Shown piece by piece: positions 1 to 12,394 of a DNA stretch of 64,000 nucleotides. Source of the stretch: Eledone cirrhosa (taxonomy: Eukaryota). The notes beneath the pieces are model-generated. The model made no database searches, was not told where the DNA came from, and worked only from the letters and a program-made list of their open reading frames with translations. Made by a program: the position numbers and the translations under genes. Position 1 is the stretch's first letter; each line of letters starts with the position of its first letter. The stretch is from contig OZ024745.1 of NCBI GenBank assembly GCA_964016885.1, forward strand, positions 63,736,001 to 63,800,000, given 5' to 3'.

Positions 1-6
1 GAGCGA

Positions 7-35
7 CCCCGAGCAACGCCGGGCTTTACTGCTAG
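7..35 (+). mobile_element. Helitron-like 3' terminus (element body lies left of the window)
   Basis: GC-rich hairpin CCCG-AGCAACGC-CGGG followed 8 nt later by CTAG then T, the standard Helitron 3' end pattern. Confidence 0.55.
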
Positions 36-299
36 TATATATATATATATATAAAATATATACACTATCTTTTGGAGATACGGGATTCCGTTCCTCGTAG
101 TGGCCGATGGCAACTTATTTTGCTGTCTTTATGTGACTTCAAGCTATTGTATAATCTATTTTATAACAATTCCGTGCATAAGCACGCCGCCCTTTCTATT
201 TATATTTAGCTTTTTAAATGTCTTTTCATGTTTTTATGACTCTAGTTGTGCATGTATTATTTATTTATAAACATGCGCCAGAAATATACCTGATTAAAA

Positions 300-1130
300 T
301 ATAGATCAGGATAGTGCTGTTGTTCTAGTTTTACGGAGAAACTGCTGAGTAATTCACTCGGTTATCCTTTACAAATAATTTATTATTTATAGCCTTTTGG
401 TGAATCATCAACTTAAAAGCACAAAACAAATGCAAATACTAAAGACTTTAAATGAAAATATATGTACAAACTTAAGTAAGTATGCATATACATAAAGAAA
501 AAAGCACTCAATGTGTATTTAGTGTATTATTTTGTAGATTAGCAGCAATCCGAATCCCCTATCAATATGTTTCTTAAGTGTGCAGCTACATACTATTTGT
601 TTCTTCAGATTTCCGTGGAATGTGATATATATGGATCGCAAGCAACCAGAATGTAAATATCCTTTTGGTCATGGGATGCCATTGGATATGAGAGCTCTTG
701 TGATATAATTAAACACTTGATAGCTATGATTTGTTGGAATATTCAAAAGTAGAAGCTGGATTTCGTTGAAACTGTAGCTGTGTTTATCCCAAAAATATAT
801 TCTCTGCTGCTTGATTTATACTGGGGCAATGCAAATGTTCATCAATGAGGATAGAATCAAATACTTTCAAACTTTTTGGTGATTAGTACCTTGAGTATTT
901 ATATGAAACGGAGGAAATATACCTCTTTCGCGGAAACTAACGGTATGAATATGATGTTTATAAGGTAATCTGAATCCGCTTTCGGTAAGCTATAACAGCT
1001 TTTTCGTTGGCCTTGGGAAGTCAATGTCCCACCACAAGGAAAGAGGCTCGATTTCGGCAATCGGCGTTGGGATGTTGAGATATAGTTATGACAGATTTGT
1101 GTTTGGGATTAGGGCGTGCAATGGGGTGGG
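300..1130 (-). pseudogene. Heavily decayed Penelope-like RT remnant
   Basis: Manual minus-strand translation with frameshifts gives motif-like pieces in the expected order: PLHALIPKHK, LKVFD, SNGIP..SG.L..IY, KHIDR..LLIY, FLRKTRT. Many stops. Confidence 0.3.
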
Positions 1131-2334
1131 GGTGTATGTTATCTAGACAAGAATACATAGCTTTAACATTGTAGGTATTTAGAGATCTTATGGTATTTAT
1201 ATATAGTAGTGCCTAACGCAAGATTAAATATTTACTAACGTTGTTGTTGGTTTCAAATGCACCGTTGGTTTCAAACATTCTGCTGTGGTTAATTTTCTCT
1301 TGAATGTCGTGAACGTCTACGGCCATTGACTCTGGCGAATTAAAGGCTTTGGTGAAAAGTAGATCCTCGCTCATTTGGCCTAAAGCTTGCAGGAGAGTTC
1401 GGTGTGTGCATTAAAACAACATATGAACATTTGAACAAAATTTGAAGTCAAAGATACTTGAAAATGGGTACAAAATGTGTTATATAAAAATCCGAAAAAT
1501 TCGTGTTATGGTGTCTGGTGTTCAATTCTTTTGTGCCACAAAATCGAACCAGTTCACGATTAATTGTTGATGGTGATTCAGCTGTGGACTTTCTTGTTTT
1601 CGCCTTTGTCATTTAGTCGAATGTCAACACTAATCCAGCAGAGCGCCTCTCTTTTTTATGGTATGTGGGAAACTATATGCAATATGTCAGGTCCATACAA
1701 TAGCGTGCGATTTGTACAGACGTTTATATTTATTTTCACAGTTAATGTAACTATGTAAAGGCTCACACGATGGCTGCACTCACAAGAGGTTTTTTAACTA
1801 GCAAAGGTATTTTCAAAGAGATTTCATCTGAGCGTGTTGCATTATACTTTTAATTCACAATGTATTTATTTTGTGTCCCGTCATTTATAAGACGTTATAC
1901 TAGAGGGATTTGTCTACTATATCGTAGAGCTATCTAAATCTTTATACAACATTTATTGCATTGAAATGCACCAAATCAGGATTGGCATCTTAGAATTGAA
2001 GTAAACTATAATCAATAGCCGAGTGAGTAGGACTTTAGGTTAATTGCTCATTTGACATCATCAGGTATTATCTGAACTCAGCTGTTTGAATATCATGAAT
2101 GCTATCAATGTTTAAATATCAGTATATATATCATTACTGGTAGGACACAGCAAACTATATAATTTGCAATACAAAGAGCTTCAAAAAGGACAACATAGAG
2201 AACGTAATCTTAAGTACACACTTTTGGAAGAAAAAACGAAAGTCCCTAGCTAGAATGCGTTTGATCACTGATGCTCATGTCACCTAACACAATATAATGC
2301 GCTCATTACGCATTTGTACCTTCAGAATATGAGA

Positions 2335-2515
2335 TGGCACATCATGATGGCCACTATGATAATAATGAAAAGGATGACAAGTACGGTAATGATGATGATG
2401 ATGATGATGATGACGTGAAAGGGAAGGAGTATGATTTTGTGATGCGGAGAATAAAGATGGTGATGATGATAATGGATGAGGACGACGATAATTATGATCA
2501 GAATGATAATGATGC
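2335..2515. repeat. Degenerate (GAT)n low-complexity tract
   Basis: GATGATGAT runs; accounts for the Asp-rich ORF 2334-2552. Confidence 0.85.
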
Positions 2516-3510
2516 TGTTAAACCTCTGTTCTATCCTGTTCGAGTAAACTGAAGTTCTAATTCATTTGAAACCGAAACTACTCCGTGTTTTCTTTCTCTT
2601 GCGGACTAAAGTAGGAAACATATTTTCTAATGCCGTCTATTTCTAGGACGCTGCGGTGCGATTTGAGGAGGAATCCGCTTTTATTCCGAGAGGTTTAATC
2701 GCCATAACATATTCTACTTGATCTATATTTAAGGAGGAGAAATGACTGAACTTATTGGCAATAGAAAAGAAAAATACTAACAAAACACGAAAGTAAGGCA
2801 CATACACATGTCAATGTATGGTTGCGTGCGTGTGTGTTCAATTAATCAGCTGCAGGCTGAATGACCCAGTTACGTAATAGATGCTTCTCAAAATTATACT
2901 TTCCCAGCGTTCAAATAGAATTCTTCTTTTCCTTGCAGTTCACTGGTCACATATTTGACTTCCTTGTTTCTAGAAAGTTCAGACGCGTTAGGAAGCAAGT
3001 TACATATTTTATTTATAACACTTTCCCGTGTGTAGATATGCAGAAACGCGTAAATATGTTGAAATATGCATCTACTTCTATTTATTTTCCGCTCATCAAA
3101 CGATTATTGTTCAAACAACGGAAACGATTTACTCGGAGTGAGTGATTTTATATTATTTTCTAATCAAAATAATGTTGGGGATATGTCCAGGCGTAGCATA
3201 TTTTCGTTATAACATAAGGAGGACGACCAGAAAATAATCAACCATTCGTCAGGAATTCATGGGTTAGGAATAAATAAATATATCGATAAAACTTACGCTT
3301 TCAATCTTCATCCCAAACTACCCAAACTCCTTCATGTGGGTTTATGTCATACTGCAACTAAATACATACACATATGATATAATATGATACATAACCTATA
3401 ATTTATTGAAACAGTAAGAATTACCGACCAGCAACCTTGTATATATATATATATATATATATAAAGAATGATTAATAAAACAGATAGACATCATAAAAAG
3501 GTAATTCATT

Positions 3511-3640
3511 CCAAGAGTTTACAAATGTTTCCTTAGTGGTTATACAGCCTAATCATGCTATATGCAAATTGGTAGTTATTAATTTGCAGATACTCAATTT
3601 TCAAATGCTGCTCGTACCACCAATTCTTCAGCACTAATAG
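3511..3640 (-). ncRNA. Inverted copy of the 5762-5891 hammerhead motif
   Basis: Same core on the minus strand; stem II base TTGGTGGT/ACCACTAA pairs fully (one G-U), stem I is weaker. Confidence 0.55.
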
Positions 3641-3797
3641 CTGGATCATAGTTTTTTTATATTTCTTAAAGGGAGTAATTGGGGAAGGTAGAGTAGAAAA
3701 GGAAGAGAGAAAGAGAGGGAGAGAGAGATAGAGAGAGAGAGAGAGCGAGAGAGAGAGAGATAACTACTACTGGGAGCGTAAAGATAGACCCACTAAC

Positions 3798-5138
3798 TTC
3801 GACGTTACCATGGGCTACATGGAAAATTTAATAATCTACAGCGGGGAATATATAGACGACGCGCTTCTATTAGATAATAACTTAAATAACCAGAATATGG
3901 AAATACTACGCAAAAGCATTAAGAAACTTTTTAGAGAATTGGGTCTGAAAATAACGTACGAATACAATCTTAAATAAGCTAATTTTCTATACGCAACTCT
4001 TAATTTGAACACAGGACTGATACGACCCTTCCACAAGATAAACGAGAACCTTACCTATATTAATTACAACTCGAATCACCCGGTTCCTCGTAGTATTTCT
4101 CTTAGAATCTCTCGCCTATCGTCTAACTCCCAGATTTTCAGCGAACTTGCAGAATACTATAATAACGCACTGGGGAATGCTGACCACCGGGATAAAATAG
4201 AATGCATTGATAAGAATAACCAGAGCACACATAACAACACACGAAATAGAAGATAATGTAACCAGGGCACAGGCATACAAACACACGCATGCAGTACCAC
4301 CAGACATACTAATAATAGAAAATCATCACCAAACTCAAATAAATTACGTTGTAGGAAGTATGTCTGGTATAATCCCATTTTTAATGCTTCGATTAGTACG
4401 AAACAATCTCTTTTATTCTTTAAGTTAATTAACAAGCATTTCCCTAATTCCCATAAATACAGTAACATTCTAAACTCTAAGACTATTAAGCTATCATACT
4501 CCACTGCACCGAACCTAGAAGCACACATAAAAAAACTTAACTTAAAGCGATTATTAAACAACACTACAAAACAAAATATTTTAGACACAGATGGGCATAA
4601 CGTAATATCAACTTCCAAACCACCAAATGGGAGGCGGGTATTACACAACCCACCTGTACTGTTATCAGAACCTATCCATGGTACAGTTGTTACCCATAAC
4701 AAAAAATGTAATTGCCACCTACCAGAGAGATGCCCATTGAAGAATAAATGCCTAGAGTCCAACATTTCTTATCAGTGCATTGTCAAATCAAACGACCAAA
4801 AATGGTATTACGTTGGGTCTACCACTACCTCCTTTAAATCACGTTGGTATCGTCATTGCTTTTCGATTAAACATCCTGAACACCGTTATGTAACTACATT
4901 CGCTAATAAGACCTGGCAACTCCGTGAATACAACCAGCAGTTCACCCTAAAATGGGATAAATTATCCAGCGCTAGTGCATATCGGAGTGGATTAAAATAC
5001 TGCATATTATGCAACCTTGAACTAATTTATATCTTAAAATCTAAAAGCAATATACTAAATGACCGAATCGAACGATCGTTATACTGCAACCACAAACTGA
5101 AGGCTAAATTTTCTCACTATAAAAGTAACTTAACATAA
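3798..5138 (+). pseudogene. Disrupted PLE RT C-terminus/thumb and GIY-YIG endonuclease
   Basis: FDVTMG at 3798, YSGEYIDDALL, IRPFHKINENLTYINYNSNHP, WYNP, CNCHLPERCPLKNKC, SYQC...YYVGSTTTSFKSRWYRH, CILCNLE, ILNDR, CNH; split by frameshifts. Confidence 0.9.
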
Positions 5139-5606
5139 TTTGAACCCGAGACTACTACACCACTTTCCCGCTAACTAGTTTCACCCAATACGCACTTCCT
5201 AACTATATCACCCACCCACCCCCACACACACACACTACTAACCAGTACCTTGCTTATCGTAATAAATGGATACTTAAGTACGATCAGCAAACTACAACTA
5301 TCAACTCGGTGTATATCGCCTTTCCTTCCCTTTCTCTTAACTTTTTTATGTCCCCTCTCTCTTTCCCTTTCTTTCTCTCTCTCTTTCTCTCTCTCGCTCT
5401 CTGTCTACCTCCCTCCTTCTCTACATTTATTAACCTGCTCTCTGTGGCAATAAATAATTCCAAACTTGATAATATCAACACAATGCCTAAGTTGTCACTT
5501 TGATAGTAAGCAGGATAATAAAACCATTTGTTGAACACCTATCACAATATTTAGATTAAGCTATCTGTATTCTCCAAACCACTCTCTTCTATTTCTCCTA
5601 CCCCTA

Positions 5607-5685
<79 letters not shown>

Positions 5686-5761
5686 CCTCTCTTCTCTCTT
5701 CCATTTCTACTCTATCTTACCCAATTACTCCCTTTAAGAAATATAAAAAACTCTGATTCAG

Positions 5762-5891
5762 CCATTAGTTCTGAAGAATTGATGGTACGAGCAGCATTTG
5801 AAAATTGAGTATCTGCAAATTAATAACTACCAATTTGCATATAGCATGATTAGGCTGTATAACCACTAAGGAAACATTTGTAAACTCTTGG
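5762..5891 (+). ncRNA. Type I hammerhead ribozyme motif with ~93-nt stem II domain
   Basis: CCATTAGTT / CTGAAGA (5771-5777) / long hairpin / GAAA (5871-5874) CATTTG TA / AACTCTTGG; stem I imperfect (7 of 9 pairs). Confidence 0.6.
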
Positions 5892-6145
5892 AATGAATTA
5901 CCTTTTTATGATGTCTATCTGTTTTATTAATCATTCTTTATATATATATATATATATATATACAAGGTTGCTGGTCGGTAATTCTTATTGTTTCAATAAA
6001 TTATAGGTTATGTATCATATTATATCATATTTAACTATTCCTTTGTAACTCGTTGAGTAACCCGTCACCGTACGTCGACTCTATCTAGTGTAGTAATTAA
6101 CCATTACTGCATTCAGGATAATCCTAAGCATTTCTTGAATAACCT

Positions 6146-6410
<265 letters not shown>

Positions 6411-6562
6411 TATAGATTTTGAGTTTATGTTGGTTGTATACCAACACCTCAGTATGCAGGCTGGAGCACTCGACGAACTGCGCAGGTTGGTTTGGTTACT
6501 CCGGAGTAGTGTAAAATAAAGTTAAATAAAAGTCAAATGATTAAAATTTAGCTTCGTTTATT

Positions 6563-6617
6563 ACTGCTATATATATTTCAGTGACAGCCATCTTTGGCTG
6601 TGACCTCTTCAGGCAGT
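6563..6617 (-). ncRNA. Minimal type I hammerhead ribozyme (inverted copy)
   Basis: Reverse complement of 9223-9277 with one A/G change at the base of stem II. Confidence 0.9.
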
Positions 6618-7546
6618 TTGAATTAGTATGGTATAGACAAGTACATATGTTGTTTAGGTGTATAATATTGTCAATACTCTGATATGCCCAGTTCCTTGTT
6701 GGGTTGTTAATTCACTGAGGAACTGGAGTCATATGAATTCAAACTAACGAATTTCAGTGTCAAAGGTCCCCTTCTCCTCTCATTGGTCAGTTATTAGAAC
6801 ATTCCTCATTCTAAGTGTTGTTATTGTTGGAGTTAGCTTAAAAATTGATAAAATAGTAGAAGGGACAAGGTGTTAAAGGAACAAAATAACAAAAAAAGTG
6901 TCAAACTTCCCATTGGTCAGTTCTGAAAGCATTCCCCAGTCAGAAGTCTATAGAATTCTTTCTGGGGTGAGGCTCCCTGTAGTGTTTTTGCCTGCTATTG
7001 TTCAGTACATTTGACCTCCACCATTATTTTGGTACTGTTGTTGGTGTAGTGGTCAGTTTATATCTTGCTACTGCTAACAATTTAGCAGTATCCAGTTTGT
7101 GTTTTTTCTTCATCCCGCCCGCCACCATCGTAGTGGTGGTGGTGGGGGGGGGGGGGGTTCTTCCATGTATATGAAGAAATATAAGGCAATAAATGAAGAA
7201 AACAGAAAATAAATAAATAATATAATAAAATAATTAATATAATTTGTGTAATTTGAAAATAAATAAATAAATAGAGAATAAAGAATAAAGAATAAAGAAT
7301 ACATGAGAGATTGGTGAAAAAGTAATGAAAATGCATATGGAGAAGTGAGAAATAATGTAGGATGAAGTGTGTGTGTGTGTGTGTGCTATAACCAATCTCA
7401 AGGTCAGAATATGTTGGATAGATTGGTATGAGACAAGCAGAACCATGTGAAAGGAGGGAAGGAGGGACCCAGAGCCCACCCAAGAAACACAAACAGACCC
7501 AAGGACCCCCCACCGAGCATGGGGGAGGACCAACATGTAACACAAA

Positions 7547-7993
7547 ATGAGAACCTTAATCACCCTCTGCAACTGCAGAAACCTCGAATCATGCCCCCTT
7601 GGTATTGAATGTCTCAAGAAGAACCTTGTGTACGGTTGTAGGGTTAAAACCCCCAACTCCGAACACCTCTACATAGGAGCCACATCAACGAGCTTTAAGG
7701 ACCGCTGGTACAACCATCGCCATTCATTCAAGAAGGAGGCCAAAAGGAAAAGCACAGCTCTCTCCGACCTGATCTGGAAGCTTAAGCTGGACAGGACCCC
7801 ATACTCTCTGGCCTGGTACATAATCAGGAAAGTACCACCCGATAAAGGGGGATCTTGTATATGCAAACTATGCCTGTACGAGACCCTCGAGATACTAAGA
7901 GGTGGAAGCGGCCTGATAAACCTCAGAACCGACTTCTTCGGGACATGCAGACACCTTAGAGCCGGGACCTTTCTCAAGATATATGGACAGTAG
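7547..7993 (+). CDS. GIY-YIG endonuclease of PLE (Naiad-like) type, 148 aa, uninterrupted
   Basis: CNCRNLESCPLGIEC, LVYGC...LYIGATSTSFKDRWYNH, CKLCLYE, LINLR, CRH; ATG preceded by an in-frame TAA at 7538-7540. Confidence 0.85.
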   Translation: MRTLITLCNCRNLESCPLGIECLKKNLVYGCRVKTPNSEHLYIGATSTSFKDRWYNHRHSFKKEAKRKSTALSDLIWKLKLDRTPYSLAWYIIRKVPPDKGGSCICKLCLYETLEILRGGSGLINLRTDFFGTCRHLRAGTFLKIYGQ

Positions 7994-9222
7994 CAACACA
8001 AGAAGATGTGAACTCCCCTCAAGCTATAGGGACTTCTACAGAACATGAAAACACCTCTCGGCCAGACCTCCCTCAAGCTATATGGGCAATAACAACACCC
8101 TAGGTTGTGAACTCCCCTCAAGCCACAGGGAACAACCCAGGCGGAGCAGACACCATGATAGCCCAGAGATAGAATCGGACACAGCCATAACGATTTGGCC
8201 AACATCTATAACACAAACACTTATAATTTACCAGATTTCTGACTTTCAAGTTCCAATCTTAAATCTTGATTTCTCTTTATTAATTTGTTATATGTTTTCT
8301 ACCCTCTTCACTGTATCACCTTATATTTATTTTAAGTTGAGATAGATTATAACACAAACACATTGAGTTTGAATATCTCATCTTAACATCTTGTCTCATA
8401 CCAATCTATCCAACATATTCTGACCTTGAGATTGGTTATAGCACACACACACTTCATCCTACATTATTTCTCACTTCTCCATATGCATTTTCATTACTTT
8501 TTCACCAATCTCTCATTTATTCTTTATTCTTTATTCTTTATTCTCTATTTATTTATTTATTTTCAAATTACACAAATTATATTAATTATTTTATTATATT
8601 ATTTATTTATTTTCTGTTTTCTTCATTTATTGCCTTATATTTCTTCATATACATGGAAGAATCCCCCCCCCCCCCCCCACCCCCACCACCACCACCACCA
8701 CCACCACTACGATGGTGGCGGGCGGGATGAAGAAAAAACACAAACTGGATACTGCTAAATTGTTAGCAGCAGCAAGATATAAACTGACCACTACACCAAC
8801 AACAGTACCAAAATAATGGTGGAGGTCAAATGTACTGAACAATAGCAGGCAAAAACACTACAGGGAGCCTCAACCCAGAAAGAATTCTATAGACTTCTGA
8901 CTGAGGAATGCTTTCAGAACTGACCAATGGGAAGTTTGACACTTTTTTTGTTATTTTGTTCCTTTAACACCTTGTCCCTTCTACTATTTTATCAATTTTT
9001 AAGCTAACTCCAACAATAACAACACTTAGAATGAGGAATGTTCTAATAACTGACCAATGAGAGGAGAAGGGGACCTTTGACACTGAAATTCGTTAGTTTG
9101 AATTCATATGACTCCAGTTCCTCAGTGAATTAACAACCCAACAAGGAACTGGGCATATCAGAGTATTGACAATATTATACACCTAAACAACATATGTACT
9201 TGTCTATACCATACTAATTCAA

Positions 9223-9277
9223 ACTGCCTGAAGAAGTCACAGCCAAAGATGGCTGTCACTGAAATATATATAGCAGT
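9223..9277 (+). ncRNA. Minimal type I hammerhead ribozyme
   Basis: ACTGC / CTGAAGA / AGTCACAGCCA-AAGA-TGGCTGTCACT / GAAA TATATA TA / GCAGT: 5-bp stem I, 11-bp stem II with one mismatch, palindromic stem III; AATAAA follows at 9278-9283. Confidence 0.9.
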
Positions 9278-9353
9278 AATAAACGAAGCTAAATTTTAAT
9301 CATTTGACTTTTATTTAACTTTATTTTATATTTCTTAATATATATATAATAAA

Positions 9354-9777
9354 TGTAATCTGAGTTTTTCAAATATTAATAATAACTTTCGAATTCGTTT
9401 CTCAATTTTATAGGCATGTCAGCAGAATGAACACTTCATTCTTGCTCTTGTGTTGGCATGAGAACACAAGGGCCAGAATGAAGTCTTCATTCTGCTGACA
9501 TGGCTATAAAATTGAAGCTTTTTTGCATAATTGCAAACAAATCGAATGTTATTATTAATATTCGAAAGAGGGCGGTGGATTGGCAGTATCGGTAGAGGGT
9601 CGGACGCCATGCTTTCCAGCATAGTTACGTCCCTTTACGATCTGAGTTCAAATCCCGCCGAGGTTGACTTTGCCTTTCATCCTCACGGGGTCGATAAAAT
9701 AAAGTACCAGTAATGCACTGGGTAATTGCTGGCCTTGTGCCTAAAGTAGAAACAATTATTAATATTCGAAAAACTCA
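9354..9777. mobile_element. Foldback/MITE-like palindromic element in (TA)n, interrupted by a SINE
   Basis: Arms mirror around ~9455-9462 (CATGTCAGCAGAATGAA...TTCATTCTGCTGACATG); related to 60274-60555. Confidence 0.75.
9568..9754 (+). mobile_element. tRNA-derived SINE (major family of this window) with 17-bp TSD
   Basis: A box TGGCAGTATCGG, B box GAGTTCAAATCC; ATTATTAATATTCGAAA at 9551-9567 and 9755-9771. Confidence 0.9.
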
Positions 9778-9802
9778 TATATATATATATATATATATAT
9801 AT

Positions 9803-9953
9803 GGCTGCAATCAAATCAGTGCCTTGTAAACTGAGACACTTGTCCTCGAAAGGAAGCATGTGCAGCAGTGCACTCTCAGTGTGAATGTAATTCTACTGTA
9901 GCAGGTGGAGAAATTCAAATATCTCGAGGCCGTTTTCACGAGTGATGGAAGGA
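9803..9953 (+). pseudogene. Short RTE-like LINE RT fragment
   Basis: Translates as [40 protein letters not shown], typical of the end of a LINE RT domain. Confidence 0.65.
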
Positions 9954-10292
9954 AATATATGTGTGAGTGTTCCCGTATCTGAGTGTGTGTGCGTTCGTGT
10001 TTCTGTGCGTGTGTACGTGTGTGCGTGTGTACGTGTGTGCGTGTGTACGTGTGTGCGTGTTTGTGTGTGTCTGTATGCGTGTGTGCGCGTGTGTGTCTGT
10101 GTGTGTGTATGTGTGTGTTTGTGTGTATGTGTGTGTAATCATATCTAATTACATTTCAGAAAAGTCAACATTGTGTTTTAATATGTTGATATATTGATGT
10201 ACGTACATATATCAATATATATTTGTGTGAGTGTGCCCGCATGTGTATATGCGTGTGTTTGTAATGTGTGCATCTGCATGTGTGCATGTGTG

Positions 10293-10364
<72 letters not shown>

Positions 10365-11886
10365 CGTGTGTGCGGGTATAATAAACATATATGATTACTA
10401 CTTTTATATTAGAAACAAACATAAGCAGCAGATATAGAATGTGTATAGAGACAGCGAACAGGTCGTTGGCAACCAGGAAGTGATTTGAAACTTCATAGTA
10501 CATATTGCTTATTTGAATTAAAGTGAAACTGAAATGGTTATCTTGCTACTACCATAATGTATAGTTTTCAGTTTCAAAGCAACATTTCAGATCACACCAT
10601 GTCTCTAAAAGTATATATTGCGGGAATAGTCTCCGAAATATACACATATGTTTTGCTCTCAATAGCTGATAGCTGCATCATTCTCATTACATCAGTCTTT
10701 GTTTCTTCACTCTGAAACCAAATACCTCGGTTCCCGATGGGTACACTTGATCACTGAAGTTCTCTAATGTTCCATCAAAGTCAAGACTATCAAGTCGTTC
10801 ATTTCAAGTCTTGCATAACTATGGTTATTTTCATTTTCTAACATCAATAGGCATGGTCATTTTCAGCCCACACATGAGAGTCTTTTTACAGATACATACA
10901 TTCATACATAGATGCATACATGCATATATGAATGCATACAGTAGTCTAGTTTAGTCTAGCAGGATGCAGAGATTTCCATTAAGCTATCTCATATATATAT
11001 TTGGTGTGTTGATTTATATCAAAATCTCTGTTTATTATAATCCACACTAATTTTAACACATAGACTCAAGAATATGATGTATCACTCTGCTTTTGTTTCC
11101 AAATATAAATTATACATACATCTGGTGGTTGCAAAGTATTTCATGTTTTGTACTTCCTTCACGACTTTATTATTGTCCTAGTTCATCGTCTTGCATTGTT
11201 TTAGGTGAAATACAAAGGGCGATTTTCACGTAGTGACCATGCTGTACAATTGGCAAAATACGAAATATGAAATAAATGAAGAAAATTATATTGATCTCAT
11301 GGACTGTATTATGGATTTTAAGCCAGTTAATAAGAGGATCCGTTGGGAGTTAAGACATGAAATCACAATTGTTGATTGTGAAACTTATGGGACTGTCTTC
11401 TCACTCTGTTCCCCTACGGAATCGTTTAGACATTTACATTAGCTCAATATATCCAATGCTACACGTTGTGTCAATGAAAGGGTATATTGCAGCAATTTAT
11501 TTTAGTCTATAATACAATTACAGTCCTTAAAAACTGCTGATAACACACGCATGTCCAAACCCATCAAACAAACTTACACACGCACGTCATTCCCTAACAT
11601 TAAGAACATAAAAAAAAATAGAAAAAAAGTAAAAATAAAAATTGCAACAACAAAAAAATTGATAAGAAAATATGAATCTACGATGGAAGAGTTGCTGAGA
11701 AAAGAAAACAAAGTTCTGTGATGTGAAGAAAGACCTTTTATTCAGTAAAAATTCCTCTTCAAAATGATTCAGTTAACCCAATTAGCACTCTCTCCTATCT
11801 AGGTTTCTGACGTAATATAAATAACCCCATATTACCACATACACGTTTACACACGTATACATATACTCCTTTTGTGTTTTGTTTTC

Positions 11887-11947
<61 letters not shown>

Positions 11948-12394
11948 TTACATATATATCTGCATATATGTATGCATGAATATAATAAATATATATATAT
12001 ATATAAATCAGTGACTGACGCAAAACAATCGGTGACGTCATCAGATGGTGTGAGAATAATATATTTAGTTAAGTAATCATAATTGGGACATAGCAATGAT
12101 GTGGAGTCGGCTACTCGTGCCATCCCCGCTGTGTCAGGCTCCGCTACGTTTGTATATATACAGAGTGTTCAACTGGGACTGCGCCAATGTATATATAAAC
12201 ACATACATATTTAATATGTTTGCATAAAAACATGCCAGAAAATACGGATTTCCATGTAAATTGGAAAAAATGATAAACACTTTTATGTGTGTGTGTGTAT
12301 GCATGTATGCGTGTGTGTGTGTATGTATATACATACTTACACATATGCTCTTACACATAGGTATATTATATATATATATATATATATACATATG

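Larger units (their letters stand above)
3372..6030 (+). mobile_element. 5'-truncated Penelope-like element (Naiad-like) with inverted terminal repeats
   Basis: Arm 3372-~3760 is the reverse complement of ~5620-6030 and encloses RT C-terminus plus GIY-YIG coding sequence. Confidence 0.9.
6512..9328 (+). mobile_element. PLE-derived element: ~930-bp inverted arms enclosing an endonuclease-only core
   Basis: 6512-7437 is the reverse complement of 8390-9328 (about five substitutions by eye plus microsatellite length changes); unique core 7438-8389. Confidence 0.92.

Noticed and set aside
78-125. HDV-like ribozyme words (TCCTCGT...GGCAAC)
   Set aside because: No convincing P1 5' strand, P2 or J4/2 could be paired.
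7960-8135. CRISPR-like or guide array downstream of the GIY-YIG ORF
   Set aside because: An imperfect tandem duplication (CCTCAAGCTATA units) without unique spacers, in eukaryotic DNA.
7082-8758. Mirror ORFs 7082-7543 (-) and 8426-8758 (+) with hydrophobic and His-rich sequence
   Set aside because: They arise from AT-rich low-complexity sequence in the inverted arms.
9568-9660. tRNA genes
   Set aside because: A and B boxes are too widely spaced, with no cloverleaf, and are followed by a SINE body with TSDs.
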